DNA of 64,000 nt. Origin: an uncultured Pseudomonadales bacterium (lineage in GTDB: Bacteria; Patescibacteriota; Microgenomatia; UBA1400; PJMF01). Location of the stretch: positions 4,302-68,301 of the forward strand of contig CAYWDM010000006.1 in NCBI GenBank assembly GCA_964457085.1. The letters run 5' to 3'. The stretch's first letter is position 1; each line of letters starts with the position of its first letter. Under the pieces are notes generated by a model. The model saw only the letters and a list, made by a program, of their open reading frames with translations, did no database searches and had not been told where the DNA came from. A program made the translations under genes and the position numbers. Below are positions 28,560 to 37,751 of the stretch, piece by piece.

Positions 28560-29384
28560 ATGCATCAACTTGCAAAAATCCTCCTCCAACTTCACAACTG
28601 GTTTTTAGCTCGACCACAATTTAAGTCAATAAATCTACACTTACTAAAGCTCAACCTGCGATCACTCGGAGTTCTCAACAGCGACACGGCAACAGTAACT
28701 GGTGAACCATATTGGCTAAGTAAACTTGCACAATCCGGACAAATTAACACCATTATTGATGTTGGTGCTAATGATGCGGCGTATGGAGCCACCGAATTAC
28801 CTAATGCACAGATATTTGCCTTCGAGCCACACCCAGCCAGTTATCAGAGATTAAAACAGCATGCACCTGCAAACGTCACTCCTGTCCACGCGGCAGTCGG
28901 AGATAGTGATGGCAAAACCACATTATGGGATTTTGCAGATAGTGCACCCAAAAAATCAGATCAACCAACTTCTCAACTCGCCTCACTATATAAAGAAGTA
29001 ATCACTAACCTACATGGACAACCAGCAAAAAAATACACAGTGCCACTGGTGAGTCTAGATGTTTTTGCCAAACAGCAACACATCAAACATATTGACCTCC
29101 TGAAAATCGATGCAGAAGGTCACGAACTAGTAGTACTGCGCGGTGCTAAAAAATTACTAGAAAATCAACAAATCAGCATCATTCAATTTGAATTCAATGA
29201 AATGATGGCGTATAGCCACACACATTTTTTTGATTTTGTGCAGCTGTTGCCAGATTTCACATTTTATCGATTATTGCCAACTGGCCTCTTGCCACTTGGG
29301 GCATATCGCCCACTCACCCACGAGATTTTTGGATTTCAAAATGTAGTTGCAATTAGTGGTCGCTTCCGGCTCAAAATAGAGTAA
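28560..29384 (+). CDS. FkbM family methyltransferase
   Basis: IIDVGAN, FAFEP, IDLLKIDAEGHEL.VL.GA, IQFEF. Confidence 0.92.
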   Translation: MHQLAKILLQLHNWFLARPQFKSINLHLLKLNLRSLGVLNSDTATVTGEPYWLSKLAQSGQINTIIDVGANDAAYGATELPNAQIFAFEPHPASYQRLKQHAPANVTPVHAAVGDSDGKTTLWDFADSAPKKSDQPTSQLASLYKEVITNLHGQPAKKYTVPLVSLDVFAKQQHIKHIDLLKIDAEGHELVVLRGAKKLLENQQISIIQFEFNEMMAYSHTHFFDFVQLLPDFTFYRLLPTGLLPLGAYRPLTHEIFGFQNVVAISGRFRLKIE

Positions 29385-29399
29385 AATCGGCTGCTAGAT

Positions 29400-30248
29400 A
29401 TGGCAGAGCAACAGATAACCAGCTTTCCCCAATCAATTACTGCACATCCCGTAGAGGTATACCGGGAGATTGTGCATCCTCAAATTAGTCGCGTTACAGG
29501 ATCTCGAATTTATACACCAGGACCAATCACAAGTGGCTGGGCATTCAATCTCACTAGGGAGATGGCAGACGTTATCGCACTTAATCGAGAGTTTGCAACA
29601 AAATTTGTAGGCAATGTACTACTTAATAAGCAAAGACCAGTCATCGCACAACTACCAAATCTCACCATTCCACTTGACCAAACTCACATCACCCTACCTC
29701 ATGCACTTGGAGCTTGTGATTTTCCTCGGAATGGTAGTAGTGAAACTAAACGATGGGGCGAATTTAATTATTACGTTGTCTGGATGATGACGATGATGGG
29801 ACTTGAACCTGGTTTGGCAGGTGCCTTTTCTATAGCACTTGAAAAAGATGTTGATGTAAATATCGTCAATGATCGACATGGCATCAGAACCACACGAGTA
29901 GCTGAAGTGCAAAAAGTCTTCCATAACGCGGTGCGTTTTATGTCAGAACATAGAAAAGCAACTAGTCCTGCCACCGCCATCATTGCTCTACCTGAACCAG
30001 CACAAGATCACCATGAAGTCTCGGTTGGCACTGAGTTCGAAGCTCAAAGTGCTACAGCGTTTGGAATTCCATTAGCACAATTTGCAGTCAATGCGCAAAA
30101 TGTGATTGAGGCGAAAAGCGATCCTGATCCAGTCTGGGACGGACCAGTCGCTAGTTGGATGCTTTCTCAACTAGCTAATGCACCAGCTCAGGCTGAGTCA
30201 GATCAACTGGTCGATGTGGTGGCATATCGTCAAATGCAACCATGGTAA
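29400..30248 (+). CDS. hypothetical protein, possible NDT-like (DUF4406-like) fold
   Basis: RIYTPGPITSG near the N-terminus and SVGTEFE...A..FGIPL later. Confidence 0.55.
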   Translation: MAEQQITSFPQSITAHPVEVYREIVHPQISRVTGSRIYTPGPITSGWAFNLTREMADVIALNREFATKFVGNVLLNKQRPVIAQLPNLTIPLDQTHITLPHALGACDFPRNGSSETKRWGEFNYYVVWMMTMMGLEPGLAGAFSIALEKDVDVNIVNDRHGIRTTRVAEVQKVFHNAVRFMSEHRKATSPATAIIALPEPAQDHHEVSVGTEFEAQSATAFGIPLAQFAVNAQNVIEAKSDPDPVWDGPVASWMLSQLANAPAQAESDQLVDVVAYRQMQPW

Positions 30249-30258
30249 ACTAAACTCT

Positions 30259-31419
30259 ATGTCCAGGCGAATTATTATTGCTGTAGTTGTCGGTCTCATT
30301 TTGGCCATTACTGCGATTATAACGATCATCTTAACTGTACCTCAAATAAAAAATTGGCTTGAACAAAGCGTCCTTTTTATCTCAAGCACACCAAAAATTC
30401 CAGAAGTTAACTTGCCTGAACCAACCCCAACTCCTGATCCATTGGCACCGATCACCGTTGCTTTACTTGGCTATGGTGGTGGCGGACATGAAGGTGGCAA
30501 ACTGACTGACTCAATCATTGTCGCCAAAATTCAGCCAAAAGATTCGATAGTTACCCTAATAAGTATCCCAAGAGACCTGTGGATAGATTTGCCGATTTCA
30601 CAAGATCAACTGAAGCCCTTTAAGATCAATGCAGCCTATGCGATCGGTAGCGACACCAAACAGTATCTATCTCGACCTACTGAGTTTCAGGGTCAACATG
30701 GTGGTGGTAATTTGGCCAAGAAATCCCTTGAACAAGTTGTGGGACTGCCAATTAATTATTACATTGCGGTTAGTTTTTCAAATTTTCAATCAAGTGTGGC
30801 AGCCCTTGGTGGAGTTGACGTAGAGGTACCATTTAGTTTTAGTGATGAGTTTTACCCAGTTGAGGGCAAAGAAAAAGAAGCCTGCGGTCGTACTGATGAA
30901 GATATCGCCGCACTAACTGCCACCATGTCTGGTTATAAACTTGAGCAGCAATTCCCCTGCCGGTACGAGACCATAACGTACGCAAAAGGTCAACAGCATA
31001 TGGACGCTGAGACCGCATTAAAATTTGTGAGATCTAGGCACTCTGGTTCAAATGGTTCTGATTTTGGACGCAGTCTCAGACAACAAGCATTTATAAAAGC
31101 GGCAAAACAAAAAATCCTGTCATTTAGCTTCATTCCCAAATTGCTACCGTTTGTTGAAAAAAATCTCAAAGGCATCGCAACTGATATTGATATTGAGTTA
31201 ATTTCAAAGTTACTCACCACCTATCAAAACCCTGGAGATTTTAAAATGCAATCGATTTCATTGTCAGACCAAAATGTGCTTAAAGCTGGTAGAAGTAGTG
31301 ATGGACAGTATATTTTATTGCCAAAAGATGAAGCTCAAAGTTGGCAAAGTGTGATCGAATTTATTGAAAAAAGTGAAATTCAACTAGCAACTAGTTCATC
31401 AGGTATACTAACACCATGA
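30259..31419 (+). CDS. LCP (LytR-CpsA-Psr) family protein
   Basis: N-terminal TM, LTDSI, ISIPRDLW, KINAAY, ALKFVRSRH, SDFGRS.RQQ. Confidence 0.93.
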   Translation: MSRRIIIAVVVGLILAITAIITIILTVPQIKNWLEQSVLFISSTPKIPEVNLPEPTPTPDPLAPITVALLGYGGGGHEGGKLTDSIIVAKIQPKDSIVTLISIPRDLWIDLPISQDQLKPFKINAAYAIGSDTKQYLSRPTEFQGQHGGGNLAKKSLEQVVGLPINYYIAVSFSNFQSSVAALGGVDVEVPFSFSDEFYPVEGKEKEACGRTDEDIAALTATMSGYKLEQQFPCRYETITYAKGQQHMDAETALKFVRSRHSGSNGSDFGRSLRQQAFIKAAKQKILSFSFIPKLLPFVEKNLKGIATDIDIELISKLLTTYQNPGDFKMQSISLSDQNVLKAGRSSDGQYILLPKDEAQSWQSVIEFIEKSEIQLATSSSGILTP

Positions 31420-32081
31420 AATCGACGACTGCTACCGACGAGCAGAACTGCATCGAGCAGTTCTTCAGTAACTACAAAGCATATCGTTACAAACGAAACT
31501 TTATACTCATTAAACCTGATGAGGTTTTTGACCAAATTTATTACATTAAATCTGGTTTCATTAAACAAACCACTTTTTCCAAAATTGGTGAGGAATTCAC
31601 AGTTAATATATATAAACCAGGATCTTTCTTTGCCATTTCGTTAGCGATGCACAATAAGGTGAGCAACTACACTTTTGAAACCATGACAGAAGCTGAGTTG
31701 ATCAAAGCCCCAGTAAGCGAAATTTTAAAATTAATCAACTCAGAACCAACACTTGCCAGAGACCTGCTGTTTAGAATCACCTCTGGTTTAAATAGTATGG
31801 TTGGCAGAATGGAAAGCTTGGTGTTTGGATCGGCACAACAAAAAGTGGCCGCTGCGGTATTGCAAAATGCCCGCAGGTTTGGCAAAAAAACTGGCCAGAG
31901 TATTGTGATTTCATTGCCACTAACTCACCAACAGTTAGCCTCGCTCACTGGTTTGACACGAGAGACAGTTAGTCTTGAAATGGCAAAGTTTAAAAAAGCT
32001 GCAGTACTCGATTACAAAGGGAAAACAATTACCATCTTCAATTACAACACATTGAGAGACCTTTCACCTGGAAGCATTTAG
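31416..32081 (+). CDS. Crp/Fnr family transcriptional regulator
   Basis: cNMP-binding domain and HTH LTHQQLASLTGLTRETVS. Confidence 0.92.
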   Translation: MKSTTATDEQNCIEQFFSNYKAYRYKRNFILIKPDEVFDQIYYIKSGFIKQTTFSKIGEEFTVNIYKPGSFFAISLAMHNKVSNYTFETMTEAELIKAPVSEILKLINSEPTLARDLLFRITSGLNSMVGRMESLVFGSAQQKVAAAVLQNARRFGKKTGQSIVISLPLTHQQLASLTGLTRETVSLEMAKFKKAAVLDYKGKTITIFNYNTLRDLSPGSI

Positions 32082-32111
32082 TCTATTACAACAATGTTGT
32101 TCTAGTTAACT

Positions 32112-32138
32112 AAAAAAGCCGCATTTCTGCGGCTTTTT
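32112..32138. terminator. bidirectional intrinsic terminator
   Basis: aaaaaa-gccgca-tttc-tgcggc-ttttt between convergent genes. Confidence 0.85.
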
Positions 32139-32159
32139 GTGATTTTCAATTAATGTCTA

Positions 32160-32504
32160 TTATTTTCGTGCAGCTGCGAATACGACTGCTGAGCTGAGTG
32201 TTAACAACATTCCTGCAAATAACAGTACTTGTGAATCAACACCAGTATCAACAACCTTATGCATTGGAACAACTCTGCCATCGCGGTACACTACTGCACG
32301 ATCAATGACGGCTTTTTGGTTCTGTTCTTGAGTACCTTTTGCACGACAGTTGACTGCTTGGCCATATGAGCCAACTTCACAAACCACTTCCAGTTCTTGT
32401 TTCTGATTTTGCTCAACTGTGGTAGCTGCTGACACAACACTAGTGAATCGAGTAAAGACGATTCCTGCGAGTATTACAGCCAAAAAAAGTTTCATTGTTT
32501 TCAT
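32160..32504 (-). CDS. small exported protein with a C-terminal sorting-signal-like tail
   Basis: Signal peptide; two Cys; VDTG followed by a hydrophobic helix and ARK. Confidence 0.7.
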   Translation of the reverse strand: MKTMKLFLAVILAGIVFTRFTSVVSAATTVEQNQKQELEVVCEVGSYGQAVNCRAKGTQEQNQKAVIDRAVVYRDGRVVPMHKVVDTGVDSQVLLFAGMLLTLSSAVVFAAARK

Positions 32505-32570
32505 TGTTTCCTTACTCTCGGTTTTGTTTTATTCTGATACGTTTTTATATACTTATCAGCTTGGAGAGGC

Positions 32571-32647
32571 ATTTTAAAGCAAGTCACGTCTTTTGTCAAT
32601 AGTTATTAGGACTAATAAATTAGCGGGACAGTGTCATTTACATCACA
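32571..32647 (-). promoter_or_regulatory. sigma70 promoter with an upstream CRP-like box
   Basis: TTGACA (32599-32594), N17, TAAAAT (32576-32571); TGTCA-N6-TCACA at 32632-32647. Confidence 0.6.
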
Positions 32648-32737
32648 CGATACTCGATCAAGTAGAAAAATTACAAATCATGCAATTGAAAATTATGGGA
32701 TCACTTTTTATACCATAGAAGCTCAGTGAACAAATCT

Positions 32738-33976
32738 TTAATAGTTCACATGGAGATAATAGGTGGAGACAGGCTCGTCTTTATGCTCAACTTTGACGTA
32801 TCTTAAGTAGCCACCACCACATTTGATACTACCCCGGTACATTGCACCAGCCTTTACTGCCTTAACTGAAACGTTTGAACCAGTTTTGCTCAACATATCT
32901 ATCCCAGTATGAGGTTGACCACCATAAGCCCTTTTTACTCGTGCGTAATAAGACATACCATATCCCTGCGTAATTCTAGCTGGGTCGTTAAGGGGCCATT
33001 CCCAGCCACCTCCGAAGCCAAAACTACCATCTGGATCATTATTCCAAACAATATCTGCACCTCGTAAATAATCTGCTGGATTATGATTTACCCCATTTTT
33101 TACTACTTCGAAGTGAAGGTGGGTGCCAGTAGAACAAGCTGATGGTCCCACGATAATTGAGGCAATCTGGTCGCCAGCACCTACATCCTTCACCTTGGAC
33201 TCGTCACCCTTTCCAGCCAAGATGGACTGAATAGCCTCAAGTTCGCTGAGAGTCTTGGCAAGTTCTTTTTGGAACCTAGCTTCGTTATTTTGTGTTTCAG
33301 TCAATAAAAACTGTTGTTCTTTTTTTTGTCTTTGTTGCTGTGATTGTTGCTTAACTAGCTTAGCTTTTTTTTCAGCTAGCTGTTGTTGCTTCTTTTCTTT
33401 GAGTTGTTTTTGTTCGTCAAAAACCAAACGTCTCGATTCAGTCATCTGCATCGTTTGTGCAGTTTGATGTTGAGTAATTGAAAAATACTTTAATCGTTCC
33501 ACCAGATCTGTGAAACTATCGGAGAGCACAAATGAAAACTCAGATACTTGACGACTATGTTTGTACTGAGCTCTAATACGCTCGATTAAGACACTAGTCA
33601 TTCGATCAAGCGACATACTGAGCCCATTAATGACATCAGTGAGCTGATTAACCTCATCCTCCAAGCTTTGAATTTCCTCGAGAGTTTGATCAATCTGAAG
33701 TTGTTGCAACTTAATTTGACCATTTAGGATACTGATAATATTCTTTAAAGAGTTAGCACTTGATTGAGCCTCTCTAATACTTTCCTCCCAACAGGATTGT
33801 TTTTTCTTGTTGCAGTCCAAATTATCGGTAGATGATTGGGTACTTTTGTTACAGGTAATTTCCTCGCAGTTCATGACCGCAAGTGTTTTTGTAGGCGATA
33901 CAATCTGAGCACCGAAAAAGACTAGAGAGATAACCCCTGTTAAAAGCCAACGATTGAAGCGAAAAATTACCATCAT
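32738..33976 (-). CDS. coiled-coil / M23 peptidase-like murein hydrolase (EnvC/PcsB-like partner of FtsEX)
   Basis: Signal peptide, long coiled coil, STGTHLHFEV, HTGID, TYYLH; downstream of ftsX. Confidence 0.85.
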   Translation of the reverse strand: MMVIFRFNRWLLTGVISLVFFGAQIVSPTKTLAVMNCEEITCNKSTQSSTDNLDCNKKKQSCWEESIREAQSSANSLKNIISILNGQIKLQQLQIDQTLEEIQSLEDEVNQLTDVINGLSMSLDRMTSVLIERIRAQYKHSRQVSEFSFVLSDSFTDLVERLKYFSITQHQTAQTMQMTESRRLVFDEQKQLKEKKQQQLAEKKAKLVKQQSQQQRQKKEQQFLLTETQNNEARFQKELAKTLSELEAIQSILAGKGDESKVKDVGAGDQIASIIVGPSACSTGTHLHFEVVKNGVNHNPADYLRGADIVWNNDPDGSFGFGGGWEWPLNDPARITQGYGMSYYARVKRAYGGQPHTGIDMLSKTGSNVSVKAVKAGAMYRGSIKCGGGYLRYVKVEHKDEPVSTYYLHVNY

Positions 33977-33979
33977 GTG

Positions 33980-34849
33980 TTACCTACGGATCATTCGTCT
34001 AACCGCAACTAAACTTGCAAAAAATCCGAGCAGCCAACCAACGACAACGCCAACACCTGCCTGACTCGCCAAAAACCTCCAGTCAATTGGCAGAGAAATG
34101 ACATCCCCTAAAAAGCCTTTAAGCCAGGGAGTGAGATATAACAGAACACCGTACATCAATCCAAATCCAATTAATGATCCAAAAACGCCATAAATAATAC
34201 CCTCGTTCACAAAGGGGGAAATGATATACCAATTGGTAGCTCCAATAATCTTCATAATATTTATGGCATTTTTCTTTGAAACCACCTTCATGCCAATCAA
34301 TATGACTATGGTTAAAAATGAGGTTAATGCCAAAATTCCAACTACAAAAACACCGACTAATCTCAACGAATTAGTCCAGCGTGACAGAGACGACACTACA
34401 TCATCTTGGAAAACTACTTCCTCGATAGAATTTATTGATTCCAGATCCTTTTTTATTGAGGGCAGGGCATCAATCGACTTTGCAGAAACCTCTAAACTAG
34501 CTGGCAAAATGTCAGAAGTCACCAACTCAAGCAATAATGGGTTGTTCTGATTATCTTTTTGATACAAGCCAAGTGCGTCTTTTTTAGAGACCACAGTCAC
34601 CGTGTCTACATATTGTTTAGCTTTAATATCTGCCACCGCTAAATCGACATCATTGTCGGTTGATTGTAGTCTGAAAAAAGCAATCACTTGAGGTCTTGAT
34701 TCAAAAAACCTCAATATATTTTCAGCTCCAAGTAAGGTGATTGCAAAAGTATGTGCCACAAAAAAAGTAATAGAAATCAACATGATTGCCAACATGCTCT
34801 GATATGGCGATCGCCTTATGTTGACTAGACTTGAATTAATTGCACTCAT
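33980..34849 (-). CDS. ftsX: cell division permease FtsX
   Basis: Four-TM layout, IMKIIGAT.WYI.SPF..EG; adjacent to ftsE. Confidence 0.9.
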   Translation of the reverse strand: MSAINSSLVNIRRSPYQSMLAIMLISITFFVAHTFAITLLGAENILRFFESRPQVIAFFRLQSTDNDVDLAVADIKAKQYVDTVTVVSKKDALGLYQKDNQNNPLLLELVTSDILPASLEVSAKSIDALPSIKKDLESINSIEEVVFQDDVVSSLSRWTNSLRLVGVFVVGILALTSFLTIVILIGMKVVSKKNAINIMKIIGATNWYIISPFVNEGIIYGVFGSLIGFGLMYGVLLYLTPWLKGFLGDVISLPIDWRFLASQAGVGVVVGWLLGFFASLVAVRRMIRR

Positions 34850-35829
34850 GACTTCGTTTCGCTTGTATGCTTACTTTTTTTGGTTATTTCTTCTGGTTTT
34901 GTTTTTTTTGATTTATGTGACTTGTCTGCTGCAAGCTTTTTATTTTCTGTTGCCGAGTGACTTGATTTGTGATGGTGTATCGAGATTTCCACAGCATCAT
35001 CATCAAGATCTTCAACCTCAGTAACCAAATCATCGGACTGCTCATTTGGTAAATTCTCGACCTGAATCTGTGCAGCTTCTTCCTTGTCTGTGTCATCAGG
35101 GTTTGATGCTGCAGACTTGGCATTCTTATCAGTTAGCTGTAACTCAGTTACCTGACTGGCTGCTTTTGGATGACTATCATAGTCTAACTTACCCTTATGT
35201 AGACTTATACGACGCTCACTAGAAAGCAACGCCAATACCTCATTGTCATGCGTTGCGAGTAATAGGGTAGTGCCTAGTCGATTGATTTGACGTAGCAGTC
35301 TGGCAATACTCAAACTGGTTTCTGGGTCTAGATTTCCGGTTGGCTCATCTGCAAAAATTATCCCTGGACCAGTAGCTAAAGCTCTGGCAATACTCACCCG
35401 CTGTGCTTCACCGCCAGATAACTGACTGGGAAACAGCATAGCTTTTTCCGTCAGACCAACTAATTTCAGTAAATCAGTGACGCGTGATTCGGTCTCTGCC
35501 TGACTTTTGCCTACGATTGAAAGTGGCAATGCGATATTTTCCCAAACATTTAACTCTGGCAACAATTTGTAATCCTGAAAAACGACACCAATACGGCGAC
35601 GATGATGTGCAATTGCCCCGCCTCTGACTCGAGTCAGCGGCTCCCCATCGAATAGTATCTCTCCACTCGTGGGTTCGTACTCCTTGATCAATAGCCGCAT
35701 CAATGATGTCTTACCACTGCCTGACGGACCAGTGATTAATACCAATTCACCTTTATCAATCTGAAAACTGACCTCGCTCAGAGCCTCAGTCTCGCCAAAC
35801 TTTCTGGTAACATTAGTGAAAGTAATCAT
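34846..35829 (-). CDS. ftsE: cell division ATP-binding protein FtsE
   Basis: GPSGSGKT, RRRIGVVFQDYKLL, LSGGEAQRV, ADEPTGNLDP; long charged C-terminal tail. Confidence 0.92.
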   Translation of the reverse strand: MITFTNVTRKFGETEALSEVSFQIDKGELVLITGPSGSGKTSLMRLLIKEYEPTSGEILFDGEPLTRVRGGAIAHHRRRIGVVFQDYKLLPELNVWENIALPLSIVGKSQAETESRVTDLLKLVGLTEKAMLFPSQLSGGEAQRVSIARALATGPGIIFADEPTGNLDPETSLSIARLLRQINRLGTTLLLATHDNEVLALLSSERRISLHKGKLDYDSHPKAASQVTELQLTDKNAKSAASNPDDTDKEEAAQIQVENLPNEQSDDLVTEVEDLDDDAVEISIHHHKSSHSATENKKLAADKSHKSKKTKPEEITKKSKHTSETKS

Positions 35830-35882
35830 GCTCTATCATTAAAGCATTGCTCACTCTTCTGAGCAACCCGAAATGATACGAA

Positions 35883-36545
35883 TTACTCTTCGGTTGCGGG
35901 TACTTTAGCTTCTGGATTTACCACTTCAATTCTACCAACATCCATTAACCAACCTGCTTTTTGTGCCTTAAAGGTTTCTCCCCAAACTTTAACTTGCATA
36001 CCTGTAAATTTCGAGAGATCGGTGACCGATGATGTCAGCACCACGGTTTGATTGACGCCACCCTCACGTAGTAGTTTGTGTGAACCCTCACCACCAATAC
36101 CACCGTCTTCCAGATATCCCTCAGCACTATCTTTGAATGTCGAGGCGTCTTGCATACCAAAAACATCTCCTGCCTTGACTGCACCACTAGCAACTTGCTG
36201 AATAGGTGTCGGGTTGCTTGAACCACTAATTAAACTACCACCATTTTTTGATTTCAATCGAAAACCGCCGTATCCAGTAGCTGTACCAGCAATCAGAGCA
36301 ACAACAACTAATAAGATAATTGGCATTAACATCGGTTTTTTCATAGGAGACTTTACTGCTGTAAATACTTGAGCTTGAGATGACTGCTGTGGCATTTGTG
36401 CACTGTCAGCATCACTAACTGCATCACGATTCTCGCCGATTGAGTTTACTGAGTCAACTGGTGTTTGGCCATCTGACTGCTCTGCAACTTGAGCCTGGGG
36501 AACGGACTCAATTATCAATGAATCATCCAAGGTAATTTTCTGCAT
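35883..36545 (-). CDS. hypothetical single-pass membrane protein
   Basis: TM helix followed by a beta-rich domain (GSHKL.R.GG..QTV.LTSSV.DL, GWLMDVG). Confidence 0.75.
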   Translation of the reverse strand: MQKITLDDSLIIESVPQAQVAEQSDGQTPVDSVNSIGENRDAVSDADSAQMPQQSSQAQVFTAVKSPMKKPMLMPIILLVVVALIAGTATGYGGFRLKSKNGGSLISGSSNPTPIQQVASGAVKAGDVFGMQDASTFKDSAEGYLEDGGIGGEGSHKLLREGGVNQTVVLTSSVTDLSKFTGMQVKVWGETFKAQKAGWLMDVGRIEVVNPEAKVPATEE

Positions 36546-36599
36546 GTGTCTATGATACTACGACTTGAAAGCAGAAATCTAATGCTCAAATAACCTGTA

Positions 36600-37715
36600 T
36601 TAGAGTTTTTTTGTCAATTTAAGTCTAATTTCAGCCATGATGAAAGCATCCAAATCACCATCGAGTACTCCAGTGGTATCAGAGGTCTCGACTTGGGTTC
36701 GAGTGTCTTTCACCAATTGATAGGGATGTAATACATAATTGCGTATCTGAGTGCCCCAACTGGCATGTTGATAGGTACCTTTTTCTTTGGCTAAAACCGC
36801 TTCTTGTTTTTCTTCTTCAAGAATTGCTAATTTTGCCCGCAAAATTTGGTAAGCTTGTTCTTTATTTTGTGTCTGACTACGCTCTCCCCTGCATTTCACC
36901 ACAATTCCAGTTGGAATGTGTGTCAGCTCCACTGCAGTGTTAACTTTGTTCACATTCTGACCGCCTGCTCCACCAGCTCTAGTAAAATGCCAACTTAAAT
37001 CGGCGTCTTTCACTTCTAATACTGCCTGATCCTCAAGCAGGGGCAAGACTTCAACTAGTGCAAATGAGGTTTGTCGCAAGCTGTCAGCGTTAAAGGGGCT
37101 CAGTCGCACTAAGCGATGGGTACCCGATTCACCGCGGAGATAACCATACGCATATGGTGCTTTCACTTCATAACTAGCCTCTTTAATTCCAGCGTCTTCA
37201 CCTCGAGATTCAGAGAGCAACTCGAATTTCCAACCCTTGCGCTCAAAATACCTAACAAACATTCGTCGCAACATATCTGCCCAGTCCATTGCTTCAGTTC
37301 CACCCTGACCAGAGTGAATTGAGAAGATCACTCCTGAGCGATCGTAGGGACCAGAGAGATATCTCTTTAACTGTAGTGAGTCTGCAATTGTTTGCAGTGA
37401 CTTGAGGCATTGATGATATTCAACTAGATCCGTCTCTTGAGCGGTTTCATCCGTAGAATTCAGCGACAAGAGTTCTTGCCATGACTTAACATCTTCGATC
37501 AGTTGGGTAAGGGTTTTTATTTCAGCAATGTCTCCCTCAATACTTGCAGCCTGGGTCACAATCTGCTGTGCATCGGCTCGACTCCAAAAACCTTCTAAAT
37601 TAAGCTGTGATTGTAATTGAGAAAGCTTGTCTTGTAATTCAACTGGTTTACTATCAGCCACCAACTGTGTTGCTTTTTCGAGTAATTCAGTGATTGTTTC
37701 GCTAGTCCAATGCAT
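36600..37715 (-). CDS. prfB: peptide chain release factor 2
   Basis: [18 protein letters not shown] (SPF tripeptide), [22 protein letters not shown]. Confidence 0.96.
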   Translation of the reverse strand: MHWTSETITELLEKATQLVADSKPVELQDKLSQLQSQLNLEGFWSRADAQQIVTQAASIEGDIAEIKTLTQLIEDVKSWQELLSLNSTDETAQETDLVEYHQCLKSLQTIADSLQLKRYLSGPYDRSGVIFSIHSGQGGTEAMDWADMLRRMFVRYFERKGWKFELLSESRGEDAGIKEASYEVKAPYAYGYLRGESGTHRLVRLSPFNADSLRQTSFALVEVLPLLEDQAVLEVKDADLSWHFTRAGGAGGQNVNKVNTAVELTHIPTGIVVKCRGERSQTQNKEQAYQILRAKLAILEEEKQEAVLAKEKGTYQHASWGTQIRNYVLHPYQLVKDTRTQVETSDTTGVLDGDLDAFIMAEIRLKLTKKL

Positions 37716-37751
37716 GGTGCTATTGTACGCTATGATCTATTTTTTTGACTT

